A stretch of 64,000 bases of DNA from a virus. Lineage: Duplodnaviria; Caudoviricetes. Numbering within the stretch: position 1 is the first letter of the stretch; the number at the start of each line of letters is the position of its first letter. The notes under the pieces are model-generated. The model saw only the letters and a program-made list of their open reading frames with translations, was not told the origin of the DNA and searched no databases. Shown piece by piece: positions 1-9,478 of the stretch. The DNA lies in IMG/VR virus record IMGVR_UViG_2885028616_000003, positions 46,985 through 110,984 of that record. One strand, 5' to 3'. Both the position numbers and the translations under genes were made by a program.

Positions 1-173
1 CCGTGCCCAGCGACATTGGTGACCTGCACCGGCCCGGCCAGGTCCGACCAGTCCCACTGCTCACCATCAGGGTCGATGTACAGGACCCGCAGCGGCCGGG
101 CCCGTACGGCCCCCGGCCCGCCACCGCCCGGCGCCCCGGGCCCGGCGGCTCCTGCTCTTGCGGGAAGCGGCAT
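1..173 (-). CDS. Probable distal tail / minor tail protein, N-terminus only (runs off window)
   Basis: ATG at 173 just after tape measure stop; reads MPLPARAG...LRVLYIDPDGEQWDWSDL; position after tape measure. Confidence 0.6.
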   Translation of the reverse strand, partial: MPLPARAGAAGPGAPGGGGPGAVRARPLRVLYIDPDGEQWDWSDLAGPVQVTNVAGH

Positions 174-183
174 CCAGGGCCCC

Positions 184-3100
184 CTATCCCCGCCGGCCGA
201 TGCGCAGGCTCTGCGCCTGCGCCATCTGCATCGACTTGAAAGCGGTCCGGACCTCGCGGGACAGGGCGGCGGCGGTGATCCCGTCGAAGTGCGCGTGGTA
301 CTCGTCGCCGCCGCCCGCGGTCGAGGCGGAGTCGGACAGCTCCAGCGGCGCCGCGGCCGCCGAGAGCGCCATGCGCAGGGAGTCCTCGTGCGGGTACACC
401 GCTTCCCCGCCGCGGAAGTCGACCAGTTCGGGGCCGCGCTCACCGACCCAGGCGAGGCCTCGGCGGGCGTGGTCGGTCCCTTGCGCGTACCAGCCGGTGC
501 GCTGGGAGTGCGCCCACGCCCCCGCCGGGCTGCCGTAGCGGTGCTTGATGTAGTCCAGGCCCCACCGGATCTGGGTGGCCCAATTCGTTCGCCAGTCGGA
601 CCCGAAGCTGGCCATCTTGCCTGGCGGGAGGGCCTGCGGGATGCCGTACGCGCCCGACGAGGGGTTGCGGGCGTTCCACCGCCAGCCCGACTCCCGCTCC
701 CACAGCCGGTTCAAAGGGGCGAACTGCGCCGCGGACCAGCCGAGGTCACCGAGCTGCGCCTGCGCGAACGCCTTCGGGGTGCCGCCCCCGTACCACGACC
801 CGCCCTTGCCTGCGATGTGCCGGTAGGTTCCGCCGGACCGCCACCCGGCGTAGCGGACAACGTCGCCGGTGTGGGGGGCGTGGATGAGGGCGTGGTCACC
901 GCCCATCCCGGTCACCATCATCACGTGGCCGCGGTGCGGGAAATAGAGGTCGCCCGGCATCGCCGCGGACCTGGTCGTCGCGGAGCCGTAGGCGATCTGG
1001 TCGTAGGTGACGCGGGGGATGTTCACCCCGGCCGCCTGCCACGCCCGCATGGTCAGGCCTGAGCAGTCCCAGGAGTCTGGGCCCGTGGCGCCCCACACGT
1101 ATGGCTCACCGAGCTGGGCTTTGGCGAAAGCGACGGCCTTGGCGCCGCTGCCGTACGCCCCCGACAGCAGCGTGGTGAGGATGCCCGCACCGATCGCGGC
1201 GTGCCCGGAGGCATACCCCAGCATCGACGCCAGCCCGACCGCGTTGCCCTCCCGGGCCTTGTTGATGGTGGCGGGCGGGTCACCCCGGTAGTGGTAGTCC
1301 TTCTTGAAGGTCGATCCGATCAGCCCGCCGCCGGCGAACGCAGGCAGCGTGTCCCGCCGGGGTCCGGGGAGGCCGCCGCCGGCGAACGCACCGCCAGCGC
1401 CCGGTACCGGGCCGCCGCCGGTGGTGTAGCCCTGCCCCTTGTAGATCGTGCCCTTGTTGCCCTCGTCGTTGATCGCGGTCAGCAGCGGCAGATACCTGCT
1501 GGTGGCGGGGGCGTTGATGACCATCTCGCCCGCGCTGATGCGGGTGACCTTGTCGTCGGCGCGGGGCCCGCCACCACCTGCGATGACGCCGCCGCCGGCG
1601 TTGCGCAGGCTCGGCGCGAGGAGGTCGGCAAGGCCTGGGATCTTCGCCAGGTTCCCCAGGCCTTTCATGGAGAACTTGCCCTTGGCGTTCACGCTGACGT
1701 CGGTGCTGGTCTTCTTGGGGATCTTCACCAGCTGGTCGACGTACTTCTCCGCAGCCTTCCGGGACCCCAGGAACCGGGTGGCGAGGTCGATGAGCTGCTC
1801 GCGTTGCCCCTTCAGCTTCTTGACGTTCGCGTCGGTGACGCGGTTGTTGGTCACCAGGTCGTCGGAGTAGCTGTTCAGGACGCGGGCGCCCTGGAGGATG
1901 GTCTGCCGGTTGTTCAGCGCCGCTTGGGAGTTGCCCCAGAACGCGCGGCCGTTGGTGTCCAGCGCGGTCCGCCCGGCGGCGAGCGCGCTGTTGAAGTCGA
2001 TGACTTCTTGCTGGTCGGCGATGAACCGGTTGGCGTTGGTGAGCAGCGCCTGGTTCTGCTGGCGGATCTTCTCGGTGAAGATCTGCGTCTGGAACGCGCC
2101 GGACCCAACCAACGCGCTGTACTGCGGGAACAGCGACTTGATCTTCTCGATGGACAGGTTGCTGAGGTCCAGTTGCGCCGCCATCCGGGAGAACGAGGTC
2201 GCGGCCGCGTCGGCCTGCCCGTTCTGCGCCATCTGCGTCAGCGTCGTGTCGAGCTGCTTGAACTTGTTGACCGCCTCCGAAAGCGGCGTGTTGTAGGCGC
2301 CGAAGGAGATGACGTGGAAGAACTCCGCGGCGGGGTGGTCGATCCACCTCTGATTCCACGACGGATTCGCGATGGACTCCGCGGCGGCGCGGAACTCCTC
2401 CAGGTTCGTCTTCCCCGAAAGCGCCCCGGCCTTGAACTGGTCGAAGAACGCGCCACCGAACTTCCCGGTCGTGGCGAGGGTCTGCATGGACCGGGTCAGC
2501 GACTCGGTGGACTGCACGGTGCCGTTCTGGGCGTGCTGGAGCGCGTTCATCGCGTAGCCCATGCCGACCACGACACCGACCACGGCACCCAGGCGCGCCA
2601 GGCCCATGAGCGCGATGCGGGTGGTCACGGCCGACCCGGACACGCCCATCATGTAGCCGCCGGTCGCCCGCAGGATCACCCCGAGCCGCAGCAGCCCCCC
2701 GGACGCGACCCCGGCAGCCGCGCCCGTGCCGGTCAACCCGGCGATCAACGAGGTGAATCCCAGGACCCGGACGGCCTTGGACACCAGGAACGCGGCCGCA
2801 GCAAGCTGGATCAGGCCGGGCGCGGTCCGCGCCATCGCCGCGAGCCCGTCGGCGAGGATCCGGATCACGGCAAGCTGCACGGCCGCGAGGGGGGCCAAGG
2901 CTTGCCCGACGTCGATCAGACCCGAGGCCAGCGACCCGATCGTGTGGATCACGTCGGGGCCGGTCTGCTGCACGTACCCCATAAACCGGATGAACCCGGA
3001 GGACCCGGCGAGGCTGGTGCCCCACCGCTCGAACCGCACCGTCAGGGCGTCGACCGCGCCGAGCAGCAGGTTCGTGTACGGCAGGAACGCCTCGAAGATC

Positions 3101-4932
3101 CCGCCGACGCCGGTGAGGGTGTGCCCGGTGATCGACCCGAACTTCTCGATCGCGCGGGGCGCCTCAATGCTGGTCCGGGCGATGAACCGTGACCAGAACG
3201 GCCCGTCCAGCGCGAGCGCGGCCCGCGTCTCCAGGATCCGCATCGCCGCCGCCGACGACCGGGTCAGCGGGGAGAACTTGTCGAGCTGCATCGTGATGAG
3301 GCCGAGCCCGCCGGACAGCACCGGCAGGACGTCGGGCTCCAGGTCGTTGACCCACCCCCGGTACTCCTTCCGGAACCGCTGCCAACTGTCCAGCAGCCGG
3401 TTCTCGGCGGGGGTGAGCTTGTCCATGGCGCGCCCCAGCCGCACGGTCGCGGCGGACGCGCCGTCCGCGGCGTGCGCGGACTGGCGCTGCGCGTCGGCCT
3501 GCTGCAACGCGGCGATACGGTCCTGGATCTGCTGGGTCCGCACCGCGCGCTGCGCGTCGGCGACCTGCTGCAGCGCGTCCTTCAGCCGCTCCTTCGCGGC
3601 GACGACCTCCTGGGTGCCCTCGACGCCGGCCTTGCGGGCCTTGGCCTCATCGGCGCGGAGCCGGTTGACCAGGATCCGCTGCTCTTTGAGCTGCTGGACC
3701 GCCTGGTCGTAGGCGAGTTTGGCTTCCTTTCGGTCGAGGTCGCGGTCTTTGCGCTGCTGCTGCGCGGCGGCGACCGCCTGCTTGGCCAGGTCGACCGCGA
3801 GCTGCGCCTGGTCCTTGTCGAGCTGGGTGGAGCGGGAGTCGCCGAGGACCTTGGCCTGCTTGGCCTGCGCGGCCGCGAGGCCGACCTGGGCCTTCTGGAC
3901 GGCGAGGTCGTCCTGCCGTGTCGACCCGAGCTTCTCCAGTTCCCGCCGTGCCCGCTCGACTGCGAGTTCGTCACCGCGCAGGGACAGACCGGCGTCGATG
4001 AGCGAGTTCTGCATGTCCTGCAGCGACCGCGCGCCGTCCTGCCGGGCGCGGTTGAGATCGGTCTGGGCCTGGCGGGCGGCGGCCTGGGCCTGGGTGACCT
4101 GCCGTTCGGCCTGCGCCATCTGCATGGCCCGCAGCCGCGCCTGCTCGGTGGCGATCGCCGCGGTGTTCAGCGCGACCGCCCGGCCCCGCGTCGAGGTGGC
4201 GACCTGGTTGTCGGCGGTCTTCTGCGCCTGCAGCGCCTCGGAGATCCGGTGGACACCGGGAACCGCGACGGCGAGCATCCCGCCGATCCCGAGCCCGGCG
4301 GAGGTCGCGGCCGCGGCGATCCCGCCGATGCCCGCGGCCAGGGTCGCGCCGAGCGGGATGGACGCCAGCGCGGCCATCTGGATCCCAAGCATCATCAGCG
4401 CCGACGACGCCCCAGCAGTGTTCGCGCCGACCTGCACGTTCACCGACCGGCCGAACAGCCTGTCCGCCTCAGCCCGCAGCGCCAGCAGCCGCGCCATCGC
4501 GGCCGCGGTGTCGGCGTCCACGTTGATCGTGGCGTGGAACGGGCCGAGGTTCTCCAGCCGGCGGCGGACCCGTTCCAGCGACGCCTCGTCCAGCTTCACG
4601 CGGACATTGACGTTGGCGCGCGGCAGGTTCTTCAGCTTCGCTTCAAGCTCGGCCTTGGCGGCGCGCGCGATCTCAGCGCCGATCTTGCGGCCGAGACGCC
4701 CCCCGGCGAGCTCCAGCCGCGGTGTGGCGTCCCGCATCGCCTCCTCGAGGCGCCGCGGCGAGAACCCCGCCTTGGCGCCCTCGGCGATCGCGCGGCCCAG
4801 CACCCGGCCCGACGACCGGCCGACCCTGTCGAGGGTCGGGTCGAGCCGCCGTTTGATCTCCTGCCCCCACGCCGCAGGATCGATCCGGGGCAGGACATCG
4901 ATCTTGACTGATCCGCCGTCGTGCTCCGCCAC
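184..4932 (-). CDS. Tape measure protein with C-terminal NlpC/P60 peptidase and lytic transglycosylase-like domains
   Basis: 1582 aa Ala-rich coiled coil after tail chaperones; GEPYVWGATGPDSWDCSGL...GHV (NlpC/P60); WERESGW...SSGAYGIPQALP (transglycosylase-like). Confidence 0.95.
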   Translation of the reverse strand: MAEHDGGSVKIDVLPRIDPAAWGQEIKRRLDPTLDRVGRSSGRVLGRAIAEGAKAGFSPRRLEEAMRDATPRLELAGGRLGRKIGAEIARAAKAELEAKLKNLPRANVNVRVKLDEASLERVRRRLENLGPFHATINVDADTAAAMARLLALRAEADRLFGRSVNVQVGANTAGASSALMMLGIQMAALASIPLGATLAAGIGGIAAAATSAGLGIGGMLAVAVPGVHRISEALQAQKTADNQVATSTRGRAVALNTAAIATEQARLRAMQMAQAERQVTQAQAAARQAQTDLNRARQDGARSLQDMQNSLIDAGLSLRGDELAVERARRELEKLGSTRQDDLAVQKAQVGLAAAQAKQAKVLGDSRSTQLDKDQAQLAVDLAKQAVAAAQQQRKDRDLDRKEAKLAYDQAVQQLKEQRILVNRLRADEAKARKAGVEGTQEVVAAKERLKDALQQVADAQRAVRTQQIQDRIAALQQADAQRQSAHAADGASAATVRLGRAMDKLTPAENRLLDSWQRFRKEYRGWVNDLEPDVLPVLSGGLGLITMQLDKFSPLTRSSAAAMRILETRAALALDGPFWSRFIARTSIEAPRAIEKFGSITGHTLTGVGGIFEAFLPYTNLLLGAVDALTVRFERWGTSLAGSSGFIRFMGYVQQTGPDVIHTIGSLASGLIDVGQALAPLAAVQLAVIRILADGLAAMARTAPGLIQLAAAAFLVSKAVRVLGFTSLIAGLTGTGAAAGVASGGLLRLGVILRATGGYMMGVSGSAVTTRIALMGLARLGAVVGVVVGMGYAMNALQHAQNGTVQSTESLTRSMQTLATTGKFGGAFFDQFKAGALSGKTNLEEFRAAAESIANPSWNQRWIDHPAAEFFHVISFGAYNTPLSEAVNKFKQLDTTLTQMAQNGQADAAATSFSRMAAQLDLSNLSIEKIKSLFPQYSALVGSGAFQTQIFTEKIRQQNQALLTNANRFIADQQEVIDFNSALAAGRTALDTNGRAFWGNSQAALNNRQTILQGARVLNSYSDDLVTNNRVTDANVKKLKGQREQLIDLATRFLGSRKAAEKYVDQLVKIPKKTSTDVSVNAKGKFSMKGLGNLAKIPGLADLLAPSLRNAGGGVIAGGGGPRADDKVTRISAGEMVINAPATSRYLPLLTAINDEGNKGTIYKGQGYTTGGGPVPGAGGAFAGGGLPGPRRDTLPAFAGGGLIGSTFKKDYHYRGDPPATINKAREGNAVGLASMLGYASGHAAIGAGILTTLLSGAYGSGAKAVAFAKAQLGEPYVWGATGPDSWDCSGLTMRAWQAAGVNIPRVTYDQIAYGSATTRSAAMPGDLYFPHRGHVMMVTGMGGDHALIHAPHTGDVVRYAGWRSGGTYRHIAGKGGSWYGGGTPKAFAQAQLGDLGWSAAQFAPLNRLWERESGWRWNARNPSSGAYGIPQALPPGKMASFGSDWRTNWATQIRWGLDYIKHRYGSPAGAWAHSQRTGWYAQGTDHARRGLAWVGERGPELVDFRGGEAVYPHEDSLRMALSAAAAPLELSDSASTAGGGDEYHAHFDGITAAALSREVRTAFKSMQMAQAQSLRIGRRG

Positions 4933-4949
4933 CGCACCTCCCCCGGGTT

Positions 4950-5398
4950 TCAGTCGGGCGGGGTGTCCGCCGGAGGCTGGTAGGAGGGGCTGAACTTGCG
5001 GAGCGCCGCAACACGGGCGGCGTGCACGGCCTGCTTGTGCTTCTCCTCCGCGGTCGGCTCAGGGCGGGCGTAGACGGGCACCTGCACCGGCGCCGCCTTG
5101 GGCGGCCGGCCCTTGAGCCGGAGCCCGACCCACAGGATCGAGATCACCGTCTGCAGGTAGGTGATCTGCGCCGCCGCCATCCATTCCCGCTCGGACCAGC
5201 GGCGGCCCTTCTCATCGCCGGCCTGCGCGGACTTGGTCGCCGACTCCTCGGGCAGCCAGTCGTACAGGGCGGCCAGCTCGATCAGCGGCGCGTCCCCGGC
5301 CCGCCACTCCATCAGCGGGTCCCGGCCGGGGAAGTAGTGCGCGAAGTCGGCCCAGAGTTTGGAAGGGTGCTCCTCTACCGCGTGGAGGAGCCCTGCGA
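4950..5398 (-). CDS. Tail assembly chaperone, post-frameshift (G-T) segment
   Basis: The -1 frame is open from about 5400 (GIAGLLHAVEEHPSKLWADFAHYFPGRDPL) straight into ORF 4950..5312; lies between chaperone and tape measure. Confidence 0.8.
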
Positions 5399-5710
5399 TT
5401 CCGGGCGCTTGATGTCCCTCATGACCTCTTCGAGGAGGTCACGCATGTCACCGAGCTCCAGGTTCAGGTCCTTGAGCTTGGCGAACTCCTCGGCGGGCAT
5501 GATCCGCTCCAGGGTCGCCATGTCTCCGGTGACCTCACCGGACAGCACGACGTCCTCGTACGTCGCGGCGTCCCAGAACGCCTGCCGCGGGATCTGCACC
5601 AGGACGTTGCCGTCGTCGTCCTCGATCTCGACGTGGCGGCCACCGAGGGCCTTGGCGCGCTGCTCGCGCATCTCCGACAGCTTGAACCGGGTCTTGTTGG
5701 GCTTGGGCAT
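5375..5710 (-). CDS. Tail assembly chaperone (gpG-like)
   Basis: 111 aa acidic protein between major tail and tape measure genes. Confidence 0.85.
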   Translation of the reverse strand: MPKPNKTRFKLSEMREQRAKALGGRHVEIEDDDGNVLVQIPRQAFWDAATYEDVVLSGEVTGDMATLERIMPAEEFAKLKDLNLELGDMRDLLEEVMRDIKRPESQGSSTR

Positions 5711-5804
5711 GGGTCACCTCGCGGGTCTTGCGTCGCGGGTCTTGCGGGGTTGATGGGCGGCCGGGGCGAAGACCCGCGAAGGAAGACCCCGGCCGCCCGG
5801 CTCA

Positions 5805-6383
5805 TCAGGTGGGAAGCGGAACCTTCGACACGAACCGCTTCACGGGGGTGCCGCCCACGGTCGGGACCATCGCGGTCATCGTGAGGCCGTACTGGTGCAG
5901 GCTGTCGGCCTTGTCCTCGATGTTGTCCCGTTCGGAGACCTTCGCGCGGGGGACGACGTAGCGGAACTGGCGGCCGGTCTGCTCGTCGATGACGTCGAGG
6001 CCGAGCGCGACGTAGATCGCGAGGGCGGTCTCGGGGTCGTCGAACTGGACACCGATGTCGTCGCCGGACCCGACGGTGGTCATGTCGGCGATCGGCACCG
6101 AGTAGTAGAGGCTCAGGGCCCGCGCGGTCGTCTGCGTCAGGGTGAGCTTGAAGGTGATCGTCCGCGACTTGGGCTGGATGCGGATCGGGCCGTTGTAGCC
6201 CCAGCCGCCGAAGCTCGTCTCGTCCTCGGCGAGGGCCTCGGTGAGGCCGTCGTCCAGGATGATCCCGGCGTCCTCCCAGCCGGTGCCCCAGGCCGTCGCG
6301 ATGTCGGTGGGCGGGGTCACCCCGACCTCACCGAAGTAGGCGTAGCCCTTACCGCCGACTGTGATCTCGTCCGTGTTGGCCAC
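5805..6383 (-). CDS. Major tail protein
   Basis: 192 aa; YAYFGEVG..P.....WG.GW...G...DDG and R..VPRAKV..R motifs typical of actinophage tail tube proteins. Confidence 0.85.
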   Translation of the reverse strand: MANTDEITVGGKGYAYFGEVGVTPPTDIATAWGTGWEDAGIILDDGLTEALAEDETSFGGWGYNGPIRIQPKSRTITFKLTLTQTTARALSLYYSVPIADMTTVGSGDDIGVQFDDPETALAIYVALGLDVIDEQTGRQFRYVVPRAKVSERDNIEDKADSLHQYGLTMTAMVPTVGGTPVKRFVSKVPLPT

Positions 6384-6466
6384 GGTGAATCCCCCTTCAT
6401 GCGGGCATGCGGAAACGCCCGCCGACCTGGCGGGACATGGGATTCGCGGGTCTTACGAGGTGGCCG

Positions 6467-6883
6467 TCAGGGGCCGACGAACCGGACCGTCAGCGAGACG
6501 GTGAACCCGATCCGGGTGATGTTCTGCGAGGCGTCCGGCCGTCGCCCAGGGCCCGCGGTCTCTTCGGGGTCGCTGAACGCGACACCGCCCGTGACGGTCC
6601 CGGCGATGCCCAGCAGCGCCGCGCGCAGCGCCTTCACGGCGAGGTTGGCCTGCTCGCGGGACCCGCCGTACACGTCCACGTCGATGCGGGGACGGTCCAT
6701 CAGGTACCCGTTGCCCCAGGTGCGGCGGATCGCCGCCCCGCCGATGCGGGTGTACTGCGCGACGGGCAGGCGGGCGTTGAACTCGTCGACCGGTGGGAGC
6801 TCCAGGCACGAGTGCACGGACGGCACCGTCTCGAGCTGGTAGGCGACGATCACGGGTTCGACGTCGGGGAACTCGTCCTGCAC
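6467..6883 (-). CDS. Tail terminator
   Basis: LPVAQYTRIGG...DRPRIDVDVYG motif; directly upstream of major tail gene. Confidence 0.8.
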   Translation of the reverse strand: MQDEFPDVEPVIVAYQLETVPSVHSCLELPPVDEFNARLPVAQYTRIGGAAIRRTWGNGYLMDRPRIDVDVYGGSREQANLAVKALRAALLGIAGTVTGGVAFSDPEETAGPGRRPDASQNITRIGFTVSLTVRFVGP

Positions 6884-6908
6884 GGTGGCTCCCCTCGCCG
6901 CGCCTGAG

Positions 6909-7313
6909 TCAGGACCCGGCGTAGTGCGCGGCGAGCTGGCCGCGGGTCATGGCCTTGGCGTCCTCGTGGTCCATGCCCTGGCCAATCGCGTAGGCGATCC
7001 AGTCGTCGTGGGAGGCGCCGCGGCCCGGCTTGGGGCGCGTGCCGTCCCCGGCTGTCTTGCCGGCGGCCGTCCCGTCGCCCTCGCCGTCGGGCTGGGCGCC
7101 TTCGGTGGGCTCGCCGGCGAGCCCCGCATCGACCTGCGCGGCCCTCTCGGATGCGGCGGGCCCCCCGGCGAGCGGCTCCGGGGTTCCGACCGGGCGGGCC
7201 TGCCCCTCGCGGATCAGCATCCTCGCGAGCGCGGCGTCGTCGACGTCGACCACATCGCCCGGGTTGCGCTTCTCACCATGGATCCGGGGCCAGGCAGTGA
7301 CCTTGAGTTGCAC
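6909..7313 (-). CDS. Hypothetical virion-module protein
   Basis: 134 aa, co-oriented; PGDVVDVDD..ARMLIREGQA N-terminus and WIAYA C-terminal motif. Confidence 0.65.
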   Translation of the reverse strand: MQLKVTAWPRIHGEKRNPGDVVDVDDAALARMLIREGQARPVGTPEPLAGGPAASERAAQVDAGLAGEPTEGAQPDGEGDGTAAGKTAGDGTRPKPGRGASHDDWIAYAIGQGMDHEDAKAMTRGQLAAHYAGS

Positions 7314-7329
7314 GGGGTCTTCTCCTTCG

Positions 7330-7746
7330 TCAGGCGGTGCGGGCGGCTTCGAGCGCGGCCCCGGACATGACCCGGTAAGGGCGCGTCCCGGGGTGGTCGA
7401 CCTTCCGCGCGAAGATCACGCGGCCGGTCGCCGGGTCGACCCACCGCAGGTATTTGCCTTTGCGCGGATAGATCATGTGGCGGCGGGAACCCCACTCGAT
7501 GATCACGGCGTAGGAGGCGGTGGTGTCGTTGCCGTACAGCACCCGACGAGCGAAACCGCGGCGCTCGACGCGGATGGTCGAGGCGAGATGCCCTGCGTCC
7601 TGACCGTTGCGGCCGTCCTCGCTGCGCGGGCACACCGCGTCGGCTGCGGCGCGGGCGGCCTCAGCGCGGCGGTCCAGGTCGGCTTGGACGTTCTGGCTCT
7701 CGGGGAGGCGCTCGAAGGTCCGGTAGTTCAGGTTCCAGTCGGCCAC
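7330..7746 (-). CDS. Neck / tail-completion protein (HK97 gp10-like)
   Basis: GHLASTI...YAVIIEWG...VDHPGTRP motif; position. Confidence 0.75.
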   Translation of the reverse strand: MADWNLNYRTFERLPESQNVQADLDRRAEAARAAADAVCPRSEDGRNGQDAGHLASTIRVERRGFARRVLYGNDTTASYAVIIEWGSRRHMIYPRKGKYLRWVDPATGRVIFARKVDHPGTRPYRVMSGAALEAARTA

Positions 7747-7750
7747 CGCG

Positions 7751-8092
7751 CTAGGGGTGCTGGAGCAGCGCGACCGTGACCGACGAGACGGCCGAGAAGT
7801 CCACGTACATGACCGCGGTCGAGGCGAGCTGCCGGTAAACCCCCTCGTCGAACGGGCCCAGGTACTTCGTGGCGCCCGCGGCGACGGTCCGGGCCGGAGA
7901 CGTCGGGGTCACCCCCTCGATCGTCTTGGCGATCTTCGGGGTGACGGTGATGTCGTTGCCGCTGCCGTTGGTCACCTTCAGGATCATGCGGCCGTTGTTG
8001 CGGAACGACACGCCGGAGGCGTCCGGGGTGACCGTGGTCGGGACGAGCCCGGCGGTCGTGAACGGCTGCGGCGTCAGGCTGGTCCTGGCCAA
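7751..8092 (-). CDS. Small structural protein
   Basis: 113 aa beta-rich, in head-tail region. Confidence 0.65.
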   Translation of the reverse strand: MARTSLTPQPFTTAGLVPTTVTPDASGVSFRNNGRMILKVTNGSGNDITVTPKIAKTIEGVTPTSPARTVAAGATKYLGPFDEGVYRQLASTAVMYVDFSAVSSVTVALLQHP

Positions 8093-8135
8093 TGTGGATC
8101 ACCAATCTACGAGAACGGACAGAATGTGCGGGCGG

Positions 8136-8837
8136 TCAGCCGCCCTCGTCGATGCGGATCCGGAACTGGATGTGGTGGCCGCCGCCGGTCTCGGGCTGCG
8201 GCCACGCGCGCGGCTCACCGTCGACCTCCCAGACGCGGCCGTCCCACTCCACCCGGTCCGTCACGCGCACGTCGGTGCCGGCGGCGACGAAGCACAGGTA
8301 GAAGCTGGTGACCTTGTCGCGGCCGCCGGTCTCCTCAATGGTGGAGCCCGGCTCGAGCCCGGCCGGCACGGTGGTGCGGGTCGCGTTCGCCCAGTCGAAG
8401 ACGAGGCTGTTGCCGTATCCGGTGACCAGCGGCGCCCGGACGATGGTGATCTCGTCGGACAGGACCGGCAGGCCGGCCATCTGGTCGTCGGCGTACAGGT
8501 CCCGCTCCCATTCCTGGGTGCCGTAGCGGACTTGCTTGACGATCAGGGTGCGGCCGACCAGGCCCCCGTCGACCGCTGCGGTGACGGTGACGACGTCACC
8601 GACCTCCACGGTGTCGGTGTCGTACCGGACCGTCACCAGGTACCGGACCACCAGGAGTTTCTGGTCGCCGATCATCGCGACCTCGTTGGAGCCGTCCGCG
8701 ATGATCCGGCACGGGCCCGCGTAAACCTGGGTGGCGCCGCGGGTGATGGTGCACTCCCCCGTCATGGTCCCGGTCGCGACCGGACGGTGGTGCTGGCTCC
8801 AGTCAGGGTGGAACACCCGCGTCGTGGGGAGCGGCAT
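8136..8837 (-). CDS. Head-closure/stopper protein, apparently two fused stopper-like domains
   Basis: N-half CTITR..VYAGPCRI..VGDVVTVT; C-half TIVRAP..YGN...DRVEWDGRVWEVDGEP..W. Confidence 0.7.
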   Translation of the reverse strand: MPLPTTRVFHPDWSQHHRPVATGTMTGECTITRGATQVYAGPCRIIADGSNEVAMIGDQKLLVVRYLVTVRYDTDTVEVGDVVTVTAAVDGGLVGRTLIVKQVRYGTQEWERDLYADDQMAGLPVLSDEITIVRAPLVTGYGNSLVFDWANATRTTVPAGLEPGSTIEETGGRDKVTSFYLCFVAAGTDVRVTDRVEWDGRVWEVDGEPRAWPQPETGGGHHIQFRIRIDEGG

Positions 8838-9478
8838 CAGAACGACTCCAGCTCGGTGCCCTCAGGCCCGAGCACGCGGCTGAACGGGTCCACGAAGTCA
8901 ACGACGTCGAAGAACCCGCCGATTTCGGGGTCTTCCTCGTTGGCCTGGCGGCGCAGCTCGGCGGCACGGGCCCGCAACTCCGCGGCGAGCTTCGCGCCGT
9001 CGGTGGTGAGGTCCTTGGTGCGGATGACCTTGGAGATCAGCGCCTCGGACGTCGCGATGACCCCGAGGGCGCTCGCCGCAGCGAGCTTGACGCTTCCGCC
9101 CTCCATCGCGAGGAAGTCAGCGAGCTCGTCCACGCGGAACGTGCGCGCTGTCGGGTCGGTGTCGGCGATGAGCAGCCGCACCCTGCGCAGATCGCTGGTG
9201 AGGGGCGGGGGTGCGGCGACGATGACGGTGTAGTGCTGCACACCGGCGCCGGTCCCGGTTGTGGTGAACACGGCGGTGTATTCGCCGGGGGTGGTGAGGG
9301 TGGGGCCGATGCCGGTCCAGGTCGCGCCGTCGTCGCCGGTCGTCATGGCGAACGACGTCGGCGTGCCGACCGCGCTGGTGATGGTCGCGCTCATCGCGGT
9401 CGTGCCGTCGGCCGGGTCAACAGCGACGGTGAACGCGGGGGCGTCGCCCGCGTCGATCTCGATCAGCCCCACGGTCAT
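8837..9478 (-). CDS. Head-tail adaptor with N-terminal Ig-like extension
   Basis: C-half VRLLIADTDP...AAASAL.IA...DGAKLAAELRARA connector-like motif; Thr/Gly-rich beta N-half. Confidence 0.75.
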   Translation of the reverse strand: MTVGLIEIDAGDAPAFTVAVDPADGTTAMSATITSAVGTPTSFAMTTGDDGATWTGIGPTLTTPGEYTAVFTTTGTGAGVQHYTVIVAAPPPLTSDLRRVRLLIADTDPTARTFRVDELADFLAMEGGSVKLAAASALGVIATSEALISKVIRTKDLTTDGAKLAAELRARAAELRRQANEEDPEIGGFFDVVDFVDPFSRVLGPEGTELESF

